Notes: generated by a model from the sequence alone, not told the origin. DNA of 64,000 nt from Lysobacterales bacterium (GCA_022844165.1 JALHMH010000005.1:96001-160000), one strand, 5' to 3'; positions 49,676 to 60,514 are shown, counted from the stretch's first letter. Program-made: numbers and translations.

Positions 49676-52384
49676 ATGAGCAACAGCTTCGGCACGCGCG
49701 ACACCTTCAAATCGAGCGGCAAGACGTATCACTATCATCGTCTGACGGCCCTGGCGCCGCGCTACAACCTTGCGCGCTTGCCGTTTTCGCTGAAAATTCT
49801 GCTCGAAAATTTGCTGCGCTTCGAGGACGGTGAAAACGTCACGCCAACCCATATCGAAGCCCTGCTCAACTGGGATCCAAAGACGCCCTCGACGCAGGAA
49901 ATCCCGTTCATGCCGGCGCGCGTTGTGATGCAGGACTTCACCGGTGTGCCCTGTGTGGTCGACCTGGCGGCAATGCGCGATGCGATGCGGGCGTTGGGCG
50001 GCGATCCGCGCAAGATCAATCCGCTGATTCCCGCTGAGCTGGTCATCGATCACTCCGTGCAAGTCGATCGGTTCGGCAGTCACGATGCGGTCGATCTGAA
50101 TGCGCGAATCGAATTCGAACGCAATAAGGAACGCTATGCGTTTCTGCGCTGGGGCCAGACCGCGTTCGATAACTTCAAGGTGGTACCGCCGCGCACCGGT
50201 ATCGTGCACCAGGTCAACCTGGAGTTCCTGGCGCGAGTTGTGTTCGCCACGGACGGCGCGGATGCATGGGCTTACCCCGATACCGTTGTCGGTACCGACT
50301 CCCACACCACGATGATCAATGGCATCGGCGTACTTGGCTGGGGTGTCGGCGGCATTGAGGCCGAAGCGGCCATGCTGGGACAACCTTCGACGATGCTGAT
50401 CCCTGAGGTCATCGGCTTCAGGCTCTCCGGCAAACTGCCGGAAGGTGCGACCGCCACGGATCTGGTGCTCACGGTCACGCAGATGTTGCGCAAGCGCGGC
50501 GTTGTCGAGAAATTCGTCGAATTCTTTGGCGAGGGCCTGAATAGTCTGCCGCTGGCGGATCGTGCCACCATCGCCAATATGGCGCCGGAATACGGCGCAA
50601 CCTGCGGCATCTTCCCGATCGACGCTGAGGCGCTGAGTTATTTGCGATTGTCGGGGCGGTCCGATGAACAAATTGCGCTGGTGGAGAGCTATGCGAAGTT
50701 GAATGGTTTGTTCCGCGAACCTGGCGCACCGGAGGCCGAATACACCGACGTGCTGCACCTCGATCTGGCAGACGTTAAACCCAGCCTTGCCGGGCCCAAG
50801 CGCCCGCAGGATCGCGTGTTGCTATCGGATATGAAGTCCGAGTACCACAAAAACCACGAATCGATGGCACAAGCGCGCGCGGCAAAGCCCAGGAGCGCAT
50901 CGCCGGGCCATGCCACCGTCAAAACCGAGAACCGCGAATATGCGCTGACCGACGGCGCCGTCGTTATCGCCGCGATTACGTCTTGCACCAATACCTCGAA
51001 CCCGTCGGTCATGCTGGGGGCCGGATTGTTGGCCCGCAATGCAGTCGCCAAGGGCTTGAAGACCAAACCTTGGGTCAAAACATCGCTGGCGCCGGGCTCT
51101 CAGGTGGCCACCGATTATTTCCGGAAGGCCGGGTTGCTGGATGACATGGAAGCGCTGGGTTTTCACGTTGTGGGTTATGGATGTACTACGTGCATCGGCA
51201 ACTCCGGACCGCTGCCTGCCGAGGTCAGCAAGGGCATCAGCGACGGCGATTTGATTGTCGCCTCGGTACTGTCGGGCAACCGCAACTTTGAAGGTCGCGT
51301 GCATGCCGAAGTGCGCATGAACTACCTTGCCTCGCCGCCATTGGTTGTCGCCTACGCACTCGCCGGGCGCGTCGACATTGATCTGACCAGCGAACCGCTC
51401 GGTACCGGCAGCGACGGCCAGCCGGTTTACCTGAAGGACATCTGGCCGTCCAATCATGAGATCGCCGATACGGTGCGAAGCGCAGTAACGCCTGAAGGAT
51501 TCAAGGCTGGTTACGCCAATGTCTTCACCGGGGACGCGCGCTGGCAATCCGTGCAAGCGCCCTTGGGCGACCTTTACGCCTGGGACGATGCTTCGACCTA
51601 TGTGCAAAACCCGCCTTACTTCGTTGGCATGAGCATGGCGTTGCGTCAGATTAGCGACGTCCAGGGCGCGCGCGCGCTGGCCCTGCTCGGCGATTCGATC
51701 ACGACCGATCACATCTCGCCGGCAGGAGATTTCAAGCCCACGACGCCGGCCGGAAAGTACTTGACGGATCGTGGCGTGCAATACGCGGATTTCAATTCCT
51801 ACGGTTCGCGCCGTGGCAATCATGAAATCATGATGCGGGGCACGTTTGCCAACATCCGATTGAAGAACCAGCTTGCGCCTGGGACCGAAGGTGGTTACAC
51901 GACGTTTTTCCCAACGGGCGAAGTCACGTCGATCTACGATGCATCGATGCAATTTCAGGCCGCAGGCACGCCATTGATCGTCATCGCTGGTAAGGAATAC
52001 GGCACCGGCTCATCGCGCGACTGGGCAGCCAAAGGCACGATGCTTCTGGGCGTCAAGATCGTCATCGCCGAGAGTTTCGAACGCATCCATCGCTCAAACT
52101 TGTGTGGAATGGGCGTGCTGCCCTGCAAGTTCCTGGATGGCGAAAACGCGGGGTCATTGGGCCTTACGGGCCGGGAGACCTTTAGCTTTAGCGGCATCGG
52201 CGACGGCACTGGAAAGCGCCTTCTAGTCACTGCCGTGGCCGAAGACGGCAGCACTAAACAGTTCGAAGTTCGCGTGTTGCTCGACACACCGAAGGAAGTC
52301 GAATACTACCGCCACGGCGGCATATTGCCGTACGTATTGCGCCAGTTGGCCGGCACATCGACGGCGGACGCAAAAGCGGCCTGA
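49676..52384 (+). CDS. acnA: Aconitate hydratase A
   Basis: [68 protein letters not shown]; GGAG RBS. Confidence 0.97.
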   Translation: MSNSFGTRDTFKSSGKTYHYHRLTALAPRYNLARLPFSLKILLENLLRFEDGENVTPTHIEALLNWDPKTPSTQEIPFMPARVVMQDFTGVPCVVDLAAMRDAMRALGGDPRKINPLIPAELVIDHSVQVDRFGSHDAVDLNARIEFERNKERYAFLRWGQTAFDNFKVVPPRTGIVHQVNLEFLARVVFATDGADAWAYPDTVVGTDSHTTMINGIGVLGWGVGGIEAEAAMLGQPSTMLIPEVIGFRLSGKLPEGATATDLVLTVTQMLRKRGVVEKFVEFFGEGLNSLPLADRATIANMAPEYGATCGIFPIDAEALSYLRLSGRSDEQIALVESYAKLNGLFREPGAPEAEYTDVLHLDLADVKPSLAGPKRPQDRVLLSDMKSEYHKNHESMAQARAAKPRSASPGHATVKTENREYALTDGAVVIAAITSCTNTSNPSVMLGAGLLARNAVAKGLKTKPWVKTSLAPGSQVATDYFRKAGLLDDMEALGFHVVGYGCTTCIGNSGPLPAEVSKGISDGDLIVASVLSGNRNFEGRVHAEVRMNYLASPPLVVAYALAGRVDIDLTSEPLGTGSDGQPVYLKDIWPSNHEIADTVRSAVTPEGFKAGYANVFTGDARWQSVQAPLGDLYAWDDASTYVQNPPYFVGMSMALRQISDVQGARALALLGDSITTDHISPAGDFKPTTPAGKYLTDRGVQYADFNSYGSRRGNHEIMMRGTFANIRLKNQLAPGTEGGYTTFFPTGEVTSIYDASMQFQAAGTPLIVIAGKEYGTGSSRDWAAKGTMLLGVKIVIAESFERIHRSNLCGMGVLPCKFLDGENAGSLGLTGRETFSFSGIGDGTGKRLLVTAVAEDGSTKQFEVRVLLDTPKEVEYYRHGGILPYVLRQLAGTSTADAKAA

Positions 52385-52408
52385 GGATTCTAGTACCGGG
52401 GATTCCCT

Positions 52409-52439
52409 GAACGCGCTGGCCCAGCCAGCGTGTTCTTCT
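52409..52439 (+). terminator. Rho-independent terminator after acnA
   Basis: GAACGCGCTGGC-CCA-GCCAGCGTGTTC stem (one G-U pair) followed by TTCT. Confidence 0.6.
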
Positions 52440-52503
52440 GCGGACCGCATGGTACTCCCTCGAGGATTCGCAGCCTGGCAGCCTGAGGGATCGTCCGACA
52501 CTT

Positions 52504-53610
52504 ATGTCAACAGCCAAAAAGATGTCTCCCGGTGCGCTCCGCGATCCGCAACAGCGCTATGTGCGACATTCCATGCTGCTGTTATTCGCGCTCTCCATCT
52601 TGGCTACGACGACTGCTGCCATCTTGCACGCTTTTGAGCCCAACGCGACGATAGTCAACCGAGTTGTGCCGGCGCTGATGGCCGTCACTCTTTCAGTTGT
52701 CATGCTGCGCTATTGGCTTGAACCTTCGAGCCTTCAGTCCAGCGTCTGGCTGGGCTGGTCGATTGCCGTCGCGGGGCTTGCAGCGCCAGCGTGGGGAGCC
52801 CTATGGACTGCGCTCACGAGTACACAACGCCTGATCGAAATCCTGCCGCCCATTACAGCGGGGTTGCTGCCGTTGCTTCTGGTGCCGGTGGTTATCGCGA
52901 GGCCACGACACGCCTGGTGGGCGACAGCGTGTGCGTGGCTGGCTATCGCGGCACCGGTGCTGTTCTACCTGGCATCGCATCCGGAACAACTATGGACACC
53001 GCGCGGGCTTGATCTCGCCATCGCATTCGGGCCAATCAGCATGTTTGTCCCGTTCCTGATACCGTTGCTGCGTGGTATCGAGCGACGCATCGAAGTTCTC
53101 CAGGAAGACGGCGAGCGGCTGCAGGCGCTTGCGGATCGCGATGCGTTACTTGGTATCTACAACCGACGTGCCGGCGAGCGTTTTCTGGCAACTTTGCTGG
53201 CCAACCGACCGACCGCACATACCGGCATTTTGGTCTTGTTCGATATCGACCATTTCAAATCGATCAACGACCGATTTGGCCATCCGGCGGGCGATCACGT
53301 GCTCGTAGAGTGCGCTCGCCGATGCGCGCTGTTACTCGATTCGGAGGACGTTCTGGCACGTTGGGGTGGCGAAGAATTTCTGGTTATTTCGCCAACGGGT
53401 CAAAGGTCCGGCGCACTCATCGCCGAACGGCTTTGTACGGCACTTCGCGCCAGCCCGATTCACCCTGTGGGTATCGTCACCGCTTCGTTCGGCGTCACCT
53501 GCCTGGGCCCGAACGACACGCCAGGTCAGGCGCTGCAACGCGCAGACAATGCGCTCTACCAAGCTAAGGCAGGAGGCCGGGACCGCGTCGTCGTCGCCCC
53601 GGTTGACTAA
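52504..53610 (+). CDS. Membrane-bound diguanylate cyclase
   Basis: About 6 TM segments; DALLG..NRR, DIDHFKSINDRFGH..GD, RWGGEEF, RADNALYQAK..GRDR. Confidence 0.92.
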   Translation: MSTAKKMSPGALRDPQQRYVRHSMLLLFALSILATTTAAILHAFEPNATIVNRVVPALMAVTLSVVMLRYWLEPSSLQSSVWLGWSIAVAGLAAPAWGALWTALTSTQRLIEILPPITAGLLPLLLVPVVIARPRHAWWATACAWLAIAAPVLFYLASHPEQLWTPRGLDLAIAFGPISMFVPFLIPLLRGIERRIEVLQEDGERLQALADRDALLGIYNRRAGERFLATLLANRPTAHTGILVLFDIDHFKSINDRFGHPAGDHVLVECARRCALLLDSEDVLARWGGEEFLVISPTGQRSGALIAERLCTALRASPIHPVGIVTASFGVTCLGPNDTPGQALQRADNALYQAKAGGRDRVVVAPVD

Positions 53611-53684
53611 CCGCGGAACCACGGATTCAAGTGGCAATCCGTTTTTCTGACGCCATGACTTTCTACCTGTAGACCTATGCGAAC

Positions 53685-53710
53685 TGGTGTACTAGTCTAC
53701 TAACACACCA
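53685..53710. promoter_or_regulatory. YtrA-subfamily GntR operator candidate
   Basis: TGGTGTACTAGTCTACTAACACACCA is 20/26 self-complementary and lies 19 nt before the first gene of the YtrA-ABC operon. It resembles the TGTAYTA..TARYACA style of YtrA sites. Confidence 0.7.
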
Positions 53711-53729
53711 ATGCATCAGCGAGGTTGTC

Positions 53730-54020
53730 ATGAACAAACGCGTACACCAAGGGCTGGTTCTGGTTTCGGTGATGACCTTGTGCGTAGCAAGCGCAATCCA
53801 TGGAACACGCTTGGCCCGGGACCAGGCTGCAAATGCAACGGTTGATCGCGCCGAACTTGCTCCCATGGTCACCGAACTACCCGTCGTGATAATGCCGGCC
53901 ATCGTGGTCAGGCCGACTCGCGAAGAACGTATCGCCGCCTTTGCTGTTGAGAATCCGGGCAGCGAATCTGAGCTTGAAATGCCGTTCTTCTCGTTCGGCG
54001 GCACGGCCGGTCTGGAGTAA
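53730..54020 (+). CDS. Small exported/membrane-anchored hypothetical protein
   Basis: GAGG RBS, hydrophobic N-terminal segment, C-terminal LEMPFFSFGG; first gene of the operon. Confidence 0.75.
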   Translation: MNKRVHQGLVLVSVMTLCVASAIHGTRLARDQAANATVDRAELAPMVTELPVVIMPAIVVRPTREERIAAFAVENPGSESELEMPFFSFGGTAGLE

Positions 54021-54027
54021 TGTGGGA

Positions 54028-54384
54028 ATGAGCGTTTCCTGGAGTGAAACCACACCGATTTATCGCCAGTTGCGCGATCGGATCGTGGCCATGATCCTTG
54101 ATGGCGAACTCAAAGAAGGAGACGCCGTGCCCTCAGTACGGCAAGTTGCAGTGGACTACCAAATCAACCCATTGACCGTGTCGAAGGCCTATCAGGAGCT
54201 GGCCGATGAAGCGCTCTTGGACAAGCGCCGCGGACTTGGGCTCTTCGTCGGCGCTGGCGCTCGCGAAAAACTGCTCGAGCTCGAGCGCGATCGATTCTTG
54301 AAAGAAGAGTGGCCGGCGCTGCGCGCAAGGCTGCTGCGTCTGGGTTTGGATCTCAACATTTTGCTGGCGGAGAATCATCAATGA
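54028..54384 (+). CDS. GntR family regulator, YtrA subfamily
   Basis: PIYRQL, G..VPSVRQVA....INPLTVSKAYQEL, RRGLGLFV; short C-terminal domain. Confidence 0.92.
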   Translation: MSVSWSETTPIYRQLRDRIVAMILDGELKEGDAVPSVRQVAVDYQINPLTVSKAYQELADEALLDKRRGLGLFVGAGAREKLLELERDRFLKEEWPALRARLLRLGLDLNILLAENHQ

Positions 54385-55235
54385 CCGCTGTAATTACCGC
54401 TCGCCAGTTGAGCAAGCGCTTTCGGCAAAAGACGGCGCTGGATAATGTCAATTTTTCGGTGCAACAAGGTCGAATCGTCGGCTTGATCGGCCCCAATGGG
54501 GCAGGCAAAACCACTGCCTTGAAGGCCATCCTCGGTCTCACACCATATGAAGGCGAGTTGGATGTGCTTGGCCACAATCCTTTTCGCGATCGATCGGCCC
54601 TGATGCAAGACGTTTCTTTCATCGCCGATGTGGCGATCCTCCCTCGTTGGATCCGGGTATCGGAAGCGATTCAATACGTAGAAGGCGTGCATCCACGATT
54701 CGTGCGATCCAAATGCGAACGCTTCCTGGCTGCGACCGAAGTCCGGCCAACGATGCGTGTGCGAGAACTCAGCAAGGGCATGATTGCGCAATTGCACCTG
54801 GCCCTGGTGATGGCCATCGATGCACGCCTGTTGATCCTCGACGAACCGACACTGGGGCTCGACATCCTTTACCGACGAAGGTTTTACGAGCAACTGTTGA
54901 ACGATTTCTTCGACGAGACACGGACAATTTTGGTGACCACGCACCAAGTCGAGGAAATCGAGCACATTTTGACGGATCTGTTGTTCATCAAGAGCGGAAC
55001 AATTGCGCTTTCGACCACCATGGAAGATGTCGCACAGCGGTATTGCCAGGTTTTAGTCAGCAACGACCGTCTGGAAGCCGCCAGGTCAATGCGGCCGATC
55101 TCTGAACGCAAGCTGCTCGGCAAGACAGCGCTGTTATTCGATGGCGTTCCCCAGCACCAGGCGCGGGAGTTTGGCGAGGTGCACCAGGTAGGCGTTGCCG
55201 ATTTGTTCGTCGCAGTCATGGGAGGCACAGCTTGA
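54381..55235 (+). CDS. ABC transporter ATP-binding protein
   Basis: GPNGAGKTT, LSKGM, LILDEPTLGLD, TTHQ. Confidence 0.93.
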   Translation: MTAVITARQLSKRFRQKTALDNVNFSVQQGRIVGLIGPNGAGKTTALKAILGLTPYEGELDVLGHNPFRDRSALMQDVSFIADVAILPRWIRVSEAIQYVEGVHPRFVRSKCERFLAATEVRPTMRVRELSKGMIAQLHLALVMAIDARLLILDEPTLGLDILYRRRFYEQLLNDFFDETRTILVTTHQVEEIEHILTDLLFIKSGTIALSTTMEDVAQRYCQVLVSNDRLEAARSMRPISERKLLGKTALLFDGVPQHQAREFGEVHQVGVADLFVAVMGGTA

Positions 55236-56194
55236 ACGCGCGTTTTCTGACTTTGCTGCAACGCGAGATCTGGGAGCATCGTGGCGGTCTGATTTACACA
55301 CCGTTCATTGTCGGCGCGGTGATGTTCGGGCTGTTCCTGCTCACCGGCATCAGCACCTTCTACTGGACCGACAAGTTTGACGGTTCAACGCATATGGCCG
55401 AAGGCGCGCTCAAGTTCGCAGAGACGCAGCTGGATCCGGCACAGATGCGCCTGATCATTGAGGCTTTTTTGTGGGGGACGGCGCTGGTCTGGCAGATGGT
55501 GATGTTCATCGTTGTCTTCTTCTACTGCTTAGGCTCGCTTTACGACGACCGGCGCGATCGTTCAATTCTGTTCTGGAAGTCGATGCCGGTATCGGACATG
55601 GAGACCGTGCTGAGCAAACTTGTCATCGCTGTCGTCATCGCACCCATCGTCATGCTGGCGGGCCTGATTGTCGGGCAAATCGTGCTGATTGTGTCCAGTG
55701 GTGCATTGGTCGCGATGCACGGTGGGAATCCCTGGAAACTGCTTTGGTCCCACAGCAACCCACTTCTCATGTGGGCTCAGTTCGGGGCCGTCCAAGCAGT
55801 ACAGGCGCTGTATTTACTGCCACTCTTCGGCTGGCTGATGCTGGCCAGTGCATTCGCACGCGGGCGCCCATTCTTGTGGGCGACGTTACCACCGATTCTG
55901 TTGTCGATCGCCGAAAGCTGGTTGCGATTTACCACCGACTTTACCTTCAGCAAGGTAATCTGGGAATTCATCGCTCGACGTTTTGCAGCCGGCTTCGCAC
56001 CGATATCGATCAACGCAGATTTTGGCGAGACCAACATCAACGCCGGGCTATCCGGCACCAAGTACGCCGCCAATTTCGACGATGTACTGGCGCGAGTGAT
56101 GAGCATCGATCTTTGGGTCGGTGTCGGTATCGGCATTCTGTTCCTGGCCGGAGCGATCTATCTGCGGCGCTATCGCGATGACGCAACCAGCTGA
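55232..56194 (+). CDS. ABC-2 type permease
   Basis: LLQREIWEH, SLYDDRRDRSILFWKSMPVSD..TVLSK; multiple TM segments; TTG start. Confidence 0.88.
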   Translation: MNARFLTLLQREIWEHRGGLIYTPFIVGAVMFGLFLLTGISTFYWTDKFDGSTHMAEGALKFAETQLDPAQMRLIIEAFLWGTALVWQMVMFIVVFFYCLGSLYDDRRDRSILFWKSMPVSDMETVLSKLVIAVVIAPIVMLAGLIVGQIVLIVSSGALVAMHGGNPWKLLWSHSNPLLMWAQFGAVQAVQALYLLPLFGWLMLASAFARGRPFLWATLPPILLSIAESWLRFTTDFTFSKVIWEFIARRFAAGFAPISINADFGETNINAGLSGTKYAANFDDVLARVMSIDLWVGVGIGILFLAGAIYLRRYRDDATS

Positions 56195-56205
56195 TCGTTG
56201 GGCGC

Positions 56206-56919
56206 TCACATATCGCCAAACTGCGATTGCAGGATTGCCAGCGCTGCAAGACCTGCTGTTTCGGTACGGAGAGTCCTGGGTCCAAGGCGCAGTGCCAGCG
56301 CCTCGCGAGCGATCGCCGCTTCAACCTCACGGCGGCTAAAGCCGCCTTCGGGTCCGACCAGCAAGCTTAGCTGGGAGCGCATTGGCAAGTCGCGAGTGCG
56401 ATGAGTGCCCGCCGGATCCAATAGCAACGCGCCGGGAAACACGAAATCCAATAGCGCCATCGGCGCCGAGATCTCGGGCACTGCGCTTCGCTGTGATTGT
56501 TCGGCGGCGCTGGTTGCGACCTGTTGCCAATGTTCAAGTCGACGCTGGAGTCGTTGGCCGTCGAGTTGAACTTCAACTCGTTCGGTGATCAGCGGCACGA
56601 TACGCACCACGCCAAGTTCGGTGGCCTTTTGGATCACAAGATCCATCTTTTCGCCTCGGCAAATGCCCTGTCCAAGCGTCATCGACAGCACGCTTTCAGC
56701 CTGAACGTCGACGCGCTCTCCGATCCGCGCGCTCGCGCCGGATTTTGCCAATTTAGTGAGTTGTGCCAGGTACTCGTTGCCCTTACCGTCGAAAAGCTGC
56801 AAAGCGTCGCCGACGCGGACACGCAACACGTTGAGCAAACGGTGCGCCAACGGTTCTGGCAGCTGCACCTCGTCCCCGCTTGCCAGCGATTGTTGCAGGA
56901 AACACCGCCAGACGCGCAT
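56206..56919 (-). CDS. rsmE: 16S rRNA m3U1498 methyltransferase
   Basis: VLRVRVG, IQKATELGV, AAEQS.R, VGPEGGFS, LGPRTLRTETA. Confidence 0.96.
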   Translation of the reverse strand: MRVWRCFLQQSLASGDEVQLPEPLAHRLLNVLRVRVGDALQLFDGKGNEYLAQLTKLAKSGASARIGERVDVQAESVLSMTLGQGICRGEKMDLVIQKATELGVVRIVPLITERVEVQLDGQRLQRRLEHWQQVATSAAEQSQRSAVPEISAPMALLDFVFPGALLLDPAGTHRTRDLPMRSQLSLLVGPEGGFSRREVEAAIAREALALRLGPRTLRTETAGLAALAILQSQFGDM

Positions 56920-56920
56920 G

Positions 56921-58732
56921 TCAGCCGCCGATTGGCGTTGTCAGCCGACGCGCGAAAAAACGTCGCAAAATCCATCTGCCGAACGCAAAACGTTCGACCA
57001 GCTTGCGTGCCAAATGCGCCGTCGTCGGCGGGCGATTCAAAGCATGCGAACTGCGAGCGGCTTGCATGATCAACCCCGGCGAAAGACCCGTGCGCATCGA
57101 CAATTGTCGCGCGCAGGCGTCGCGATAGGCTTCGTCGAGCAGGTCCTGGCGCTTTGCGGCCGTATCGTTGCACGACGGGACCCGATAGAACGATGTGGTC
57201 TTGTCGACAATTTCGAAGCGATCTTCGAGCGTGTATCGGGTCCAGAGATTCCAGTCCTCTAACTGATCCATGTCTTCGGCAAACCCACCATGGCGTTCGT
57301 ACAGCCTGCGGTGGAACAACACCGTCTGGATCGGCATAAAGTTCTCGATCCAGAGCGTCACGTGATTGAACGGCATTTGAAAGCGCAGTAACCAATCAGT
57401 TTCGCGATAGCGCAACGGCGATTGCGATTGGATTTCGGTTGGCACCTCCCACGCGATGCCATACACGCCGGGAACACCCAAACTCAATGCGCTCGACAAT
57501 AGCGACTCGACGTGATCAGCATAAAACGCGTCGTCGTCGTCGAGAAAGTTCAACCACTCGCCGCTGGCGAGTGACAGCGCGAGGTTTCCTGCGCGTGCAC
57601 GACCGACCGGCGAGCCGGTGGAGCGATAGACCAGGCGCTTGCTCAAATGTGCAAATTCGTTTTCGATCATCGGCTGAGACAGCGGCTCGCCATCTTCGAC
57701 GATCACGATCTCGATGTTCGGATAGGTTTGTCGTTCGACCGACAGTATGGCCTCACGCAGCCACTGTGGTCGCTTGTGTGTCCGAATCAGGATCGACACC
57801 TTCGGCGTTGCCTCGCAAACCGGTGCGACGAAAAAGGCGCCTTTACGACGTCGCTCGAAATCCCAGGCGGCAAAAATGGGCTGGAAGCTGTCGTTCGCCA
57901 CGACACGCGTTCGACGCCAATACGGCAATTGTCGGATCGCCTTGAGAATATTGTCGAACAGCGCTTTTCGCCTGCCGGGGAATGCCTCCGGCACACGTAA
58001 TTCTCGGATCAACATGGCGAACCCGGCCCGCACCTCTCTCCAGGTTCCGTAGCGCGTGCGCAAACACAGATTCGCTAAGGTCGAACCCATCACCTGAGCC
58101 GGTTTGATCTCCCCCGCTTCTGCATAACTTTCGTGCAGAACCTGCGCATTGGCGATGTACTTGAGCTTGTAGCCGCGGGCGCGCAGCCGCCACGACAAAT
58201 CGACGTCTTCGCCATAGAGAAACAGCCTGGGCTCAAATCCGCCAACGCTGTCGAAAGCGTTCTTGCGAAATAGCACGGCTGCACCGCTGCACCAATCGGT
58301 TTCGAGCGAGATCGGGTGATAGTTTTTTGGGTGCTCGAAGGGCTTTTGGCGAAACTCGAATGCCGCCACTGTTGGATCACTCGTTACGTGTCCCAGCAGT
58401 ACACCTAACGATCCGGGCAATAGTGCTGTATCTGGATTCATCAACAACAGCCAGGGCGTTTGCGCCTGAGCAGCAAGAAAGTTGTTGGCCTGACCGAAAC
58501 CGAGGTTGGCTTCGCTCATTGTCAATCGGAGCGAACCAAACCGGCCTTCGAACCCCGCTACGGTTGTGCGAATGACCTCACGGGGGGCGGCATCAAGGGA
58601 GTTGTCCAGGATGGAAACGTGCAAGACCACATTGCCGGCATGCTCGACCAGACTGGCCAATAGCCTGCCCAGCACTTCACCACGCGTCTTATAGGTGACG
58701 ATCAGTACGTCGATCGCTGAAATCCCGCTCAT
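56921..58732 (-). CDS. Glycosyltransferase with two GT2 domains
   Basis: Domain 1: NLGFG.ANN, MNPD, GGFEP.LFLYGEDVDLSWR. Domain 2: VSILIRT, VEDG, FLDDDD, EDWNLW. Confidence 0.88.
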   Translation of the reverse strand: MSGISAIDVLIVTYKTRGEVLGRLLASLVEHAGNVVLHVSILDNSLDAAPREVIRTTVAGFEGRFGSLRLTMSEANLGFGQANNFLAAQAQTPWLLLMNPDTALLPGSLGVLLGHVTSDPTVAAFEFRQKPFEHPKNYHPISLETDWCSGAAVLFRKNAFDSVGGFEPRLFLYGEDVDLSWRLRARGYKLKYIANAQVLHESYAEAGEIKPAQVMGSTLANLCLRTRYGTWREVRAGFAMLIRELRVPEAFPGRRKALFDNILKAIRQLPYWRRTRVVANDSFQPIFAAWDFERRRKGAFFVAPVCEATPKVSILIRTHKRPQWLREAILSVERQTYPNIEIVIVEDGEPLSQPMIENEFAHLSKRLVYRSTGSPVGRARAGNLALSLASGEWLNFLDDDDAFYADHVESLLSSALSLGVPGVYGIAWEVPTEIQSQSPLRYRETDWLLRFQMPFNHVTLWIENFMPIQTVLFHRRLYERHGGFAEDMDQLEDWNLWTRYTLEDRFEIVDKTTSFYRVPSCNDTAAKRQDLLDEAYRDACARQLSMRTGLSPGLIMQAARSSHALNRPPTTAHLARKLVERFAFGRWILRRFFARRLTTPIGG

Positions 58733-60507
58733 TGGGACCTCAGCCTGAGCTTGCGCAGAAAAACGCGTAGTGGTGACGGAACCCACCCCAGGACGCGGTC
58801 GTACCGGGCACCCTTGATTCGCAATGGGACAATTTCCTGCTCCAACAGCAAGACAGTCGCGGTCAAATGCGCATTGTTGATCTTCATTGCATCGTGCTCC
58901 GCGGTCACCTGACGACGTGCCTTTTCCGAATGCTCGAAACGCACCTCGAACTCTTCACGAAGACGCGCCAGGGCGGCGTCGGTAGCCGCTCTCGCCGCCT
59001 CCACGCGGCTCAACTCAGCGCGCAACGCGGTCGTCTGTTTCTCCAGTTCTGCCCTGACTTCCGCCAGCGCATAAACCTCAGACGTCAACGACTCTGCTCG
59101 TGCCAGTTGTGCATGCAGATCCCGCTCAATGGCGAGTGCTGAAGACTCAACGACATGGTTGCGGTCGCGCAGCGCGTGAACATCCTGTTCGAGCTGCGCG
59201 ACACGATCCATAGCCAACGTCAGTTGCGCAGTTTGTTGCGCCGCGAACGCATCGACAGCCGCCCGCGTTTCAGCCAGTTCCAGCAATTCGTTTTGCTGCC
59301 TCTGAACATCGGTTTCGAGCTTTGTTGCCCACTCAAGAACCTGCCCATAGTCTCGTGCCAGCCGAATATTCTCACTCCGGAACACGACGCCATCCAATTG
59401 CGAACGCAACATCGGTTGCAGTGCCGCCAGGTCTTCTGAAACTGCTTCACTATTTTCCATAGCCGCTCGATATACGGGCGCGATCGCCAAAGCCATCGTC
59501 GCATGGTCCGGAACCAGGTTGGCATCGTTCAAACGTCGATGCCAGGAGAGCCGATCGACATCGGCCAGAGATTGAAGCATAGCGAGAGCGACCGCGGGTT
59601 CGCAGCCCGCCGGAACGACCATACCGGCGCCGCTCTGGCGAACCCGTTCGCCTAATGCGCCAACGTCCGGCGCTACGACCGGCACACCCGCAGCCCAAAC
59701 GTCCGACAATGCGTAGGAAAAACTCTCCGCAATCTGGTTCGGAAAATAAACCAGATCGATGCGATAGTGCTTCAACCATCGCGACGTTTCCGCATGGTCG
59801 AAGGGACCGTGAACCCACAAACGTCCGTCGAGCAACGGTCCGGGCTGTAATTGGTCCTCGGTATAGCCGATCAGCACCCACTTGAACCGCTCGGCACCAG
59901 GCAACTGAATCAGGTCCAGCAAATGCGTCTTGCCCTTGTGGGGCCCAATGGCGCCAACAACGCCGATCGTCTGCAACGAACGCCTTGGTTCGCCAACCTT
60001 CGCCGTATGAGAAACGCCGGGTTCGAGCACCTCAGCAGGAACGTCCGAAATGACCTCTTCCCAGAGGCGTAAGATGAACCGACTCGGCAGCAGGACTCGG
60101 GATGCGCGGAGCGCGATCTCACGCCAGCGCTTGATCCATGCCACGTCGATCGTCGGAACCGATCGGCCTTGTGCGAAGGCTCTGGGATGCAAAAGGCCCA
60201 CATCGTGTATGGACAGCACCAATGGCCGATTCGGCGCCGCCTCGAGTAAGTTCAGGGCCAGCGGCGACACATGGTGGCTGTGAATCAGATCGGCTCCAAA
60301 GGCATCCCAAAATCGGGGCGCCCAGTGGGCCATGGGCTCCGACGCTTGCAGTGGGTAAAACAAGCCCTCAGATTCCAACACCACGCATTCTTCGCTCAGA
60401 TGCAGAAATGCGTGCCGAAAATCCGGCGTCAGTGCCGCAAGATCGCGGGCATAACGCTCCATTCCGCCCCCGCGTGCGCTGATCAGATGCAGTATTCGGC
60501 GGCGCAT
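58729..60507 (-). CDS. GT-B (GT4-like) glycosyltransferase with a long C-terminal coiled coil
   Basis: GGGMERY, SIHD, GAIGPHKG, ESFSYALSD...AGVPVV..DVGAL.ERV, then roughly 190 aa of heptad-like E/Q/L/A/R sequence. Start chosen after AAGGA. Confidence 0.82.
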   Translation of the reverse strand: MRRRILHLISARGGGMERYARDLAALTPDFRHAFLHLSEECVVLESEGLFYPLQASEPMAHWAPRFWDAFGADLIHSHHVSPLALNLLEAAPNRPLVLSIHDVGLLHPRAFAQGRSVPTIDVAWIKRWREIALRASRVLLPSRFILRLWEEVISDVPAEVLEPGVSHTAKVGEPRRSLQTIGVVGAIGPHKGKTHLLDLIQLPGAERFKWVLIGYTEDQLQPGPLLDGRLWVHGPFDHAETSRWLKHYRIDLVYFPNQIAESFSYALSDVWAAGVPVVAPDVGALGERVRQSGAGMVVPAGCEPAVALAMLQSLADVDRLSWHRRLNDANLVPDHATMALAIAPVYRAAMENSEAVSEDLAALQPMLRSQLDGVVFRSENIRLARDYGQVLEWATKLETDVQRQQNELLELAETRAAVDAFAAQQTAQLTLAMDRVAQLEQDVHALRDRNHVVESSALAIERDLHAQLARAESLTSEVYALAEVRAELEKQTTALRAELSRVEAARAATDAALARLREEFEVRFEHSEKARRQVTAEHDAMKINNAHLTATVLLLEQEIVPLRIKGARYDRVLGWVPSPLRVFLRKLRLRSQ

Positions 60508-60514
60508 TGGTGCA

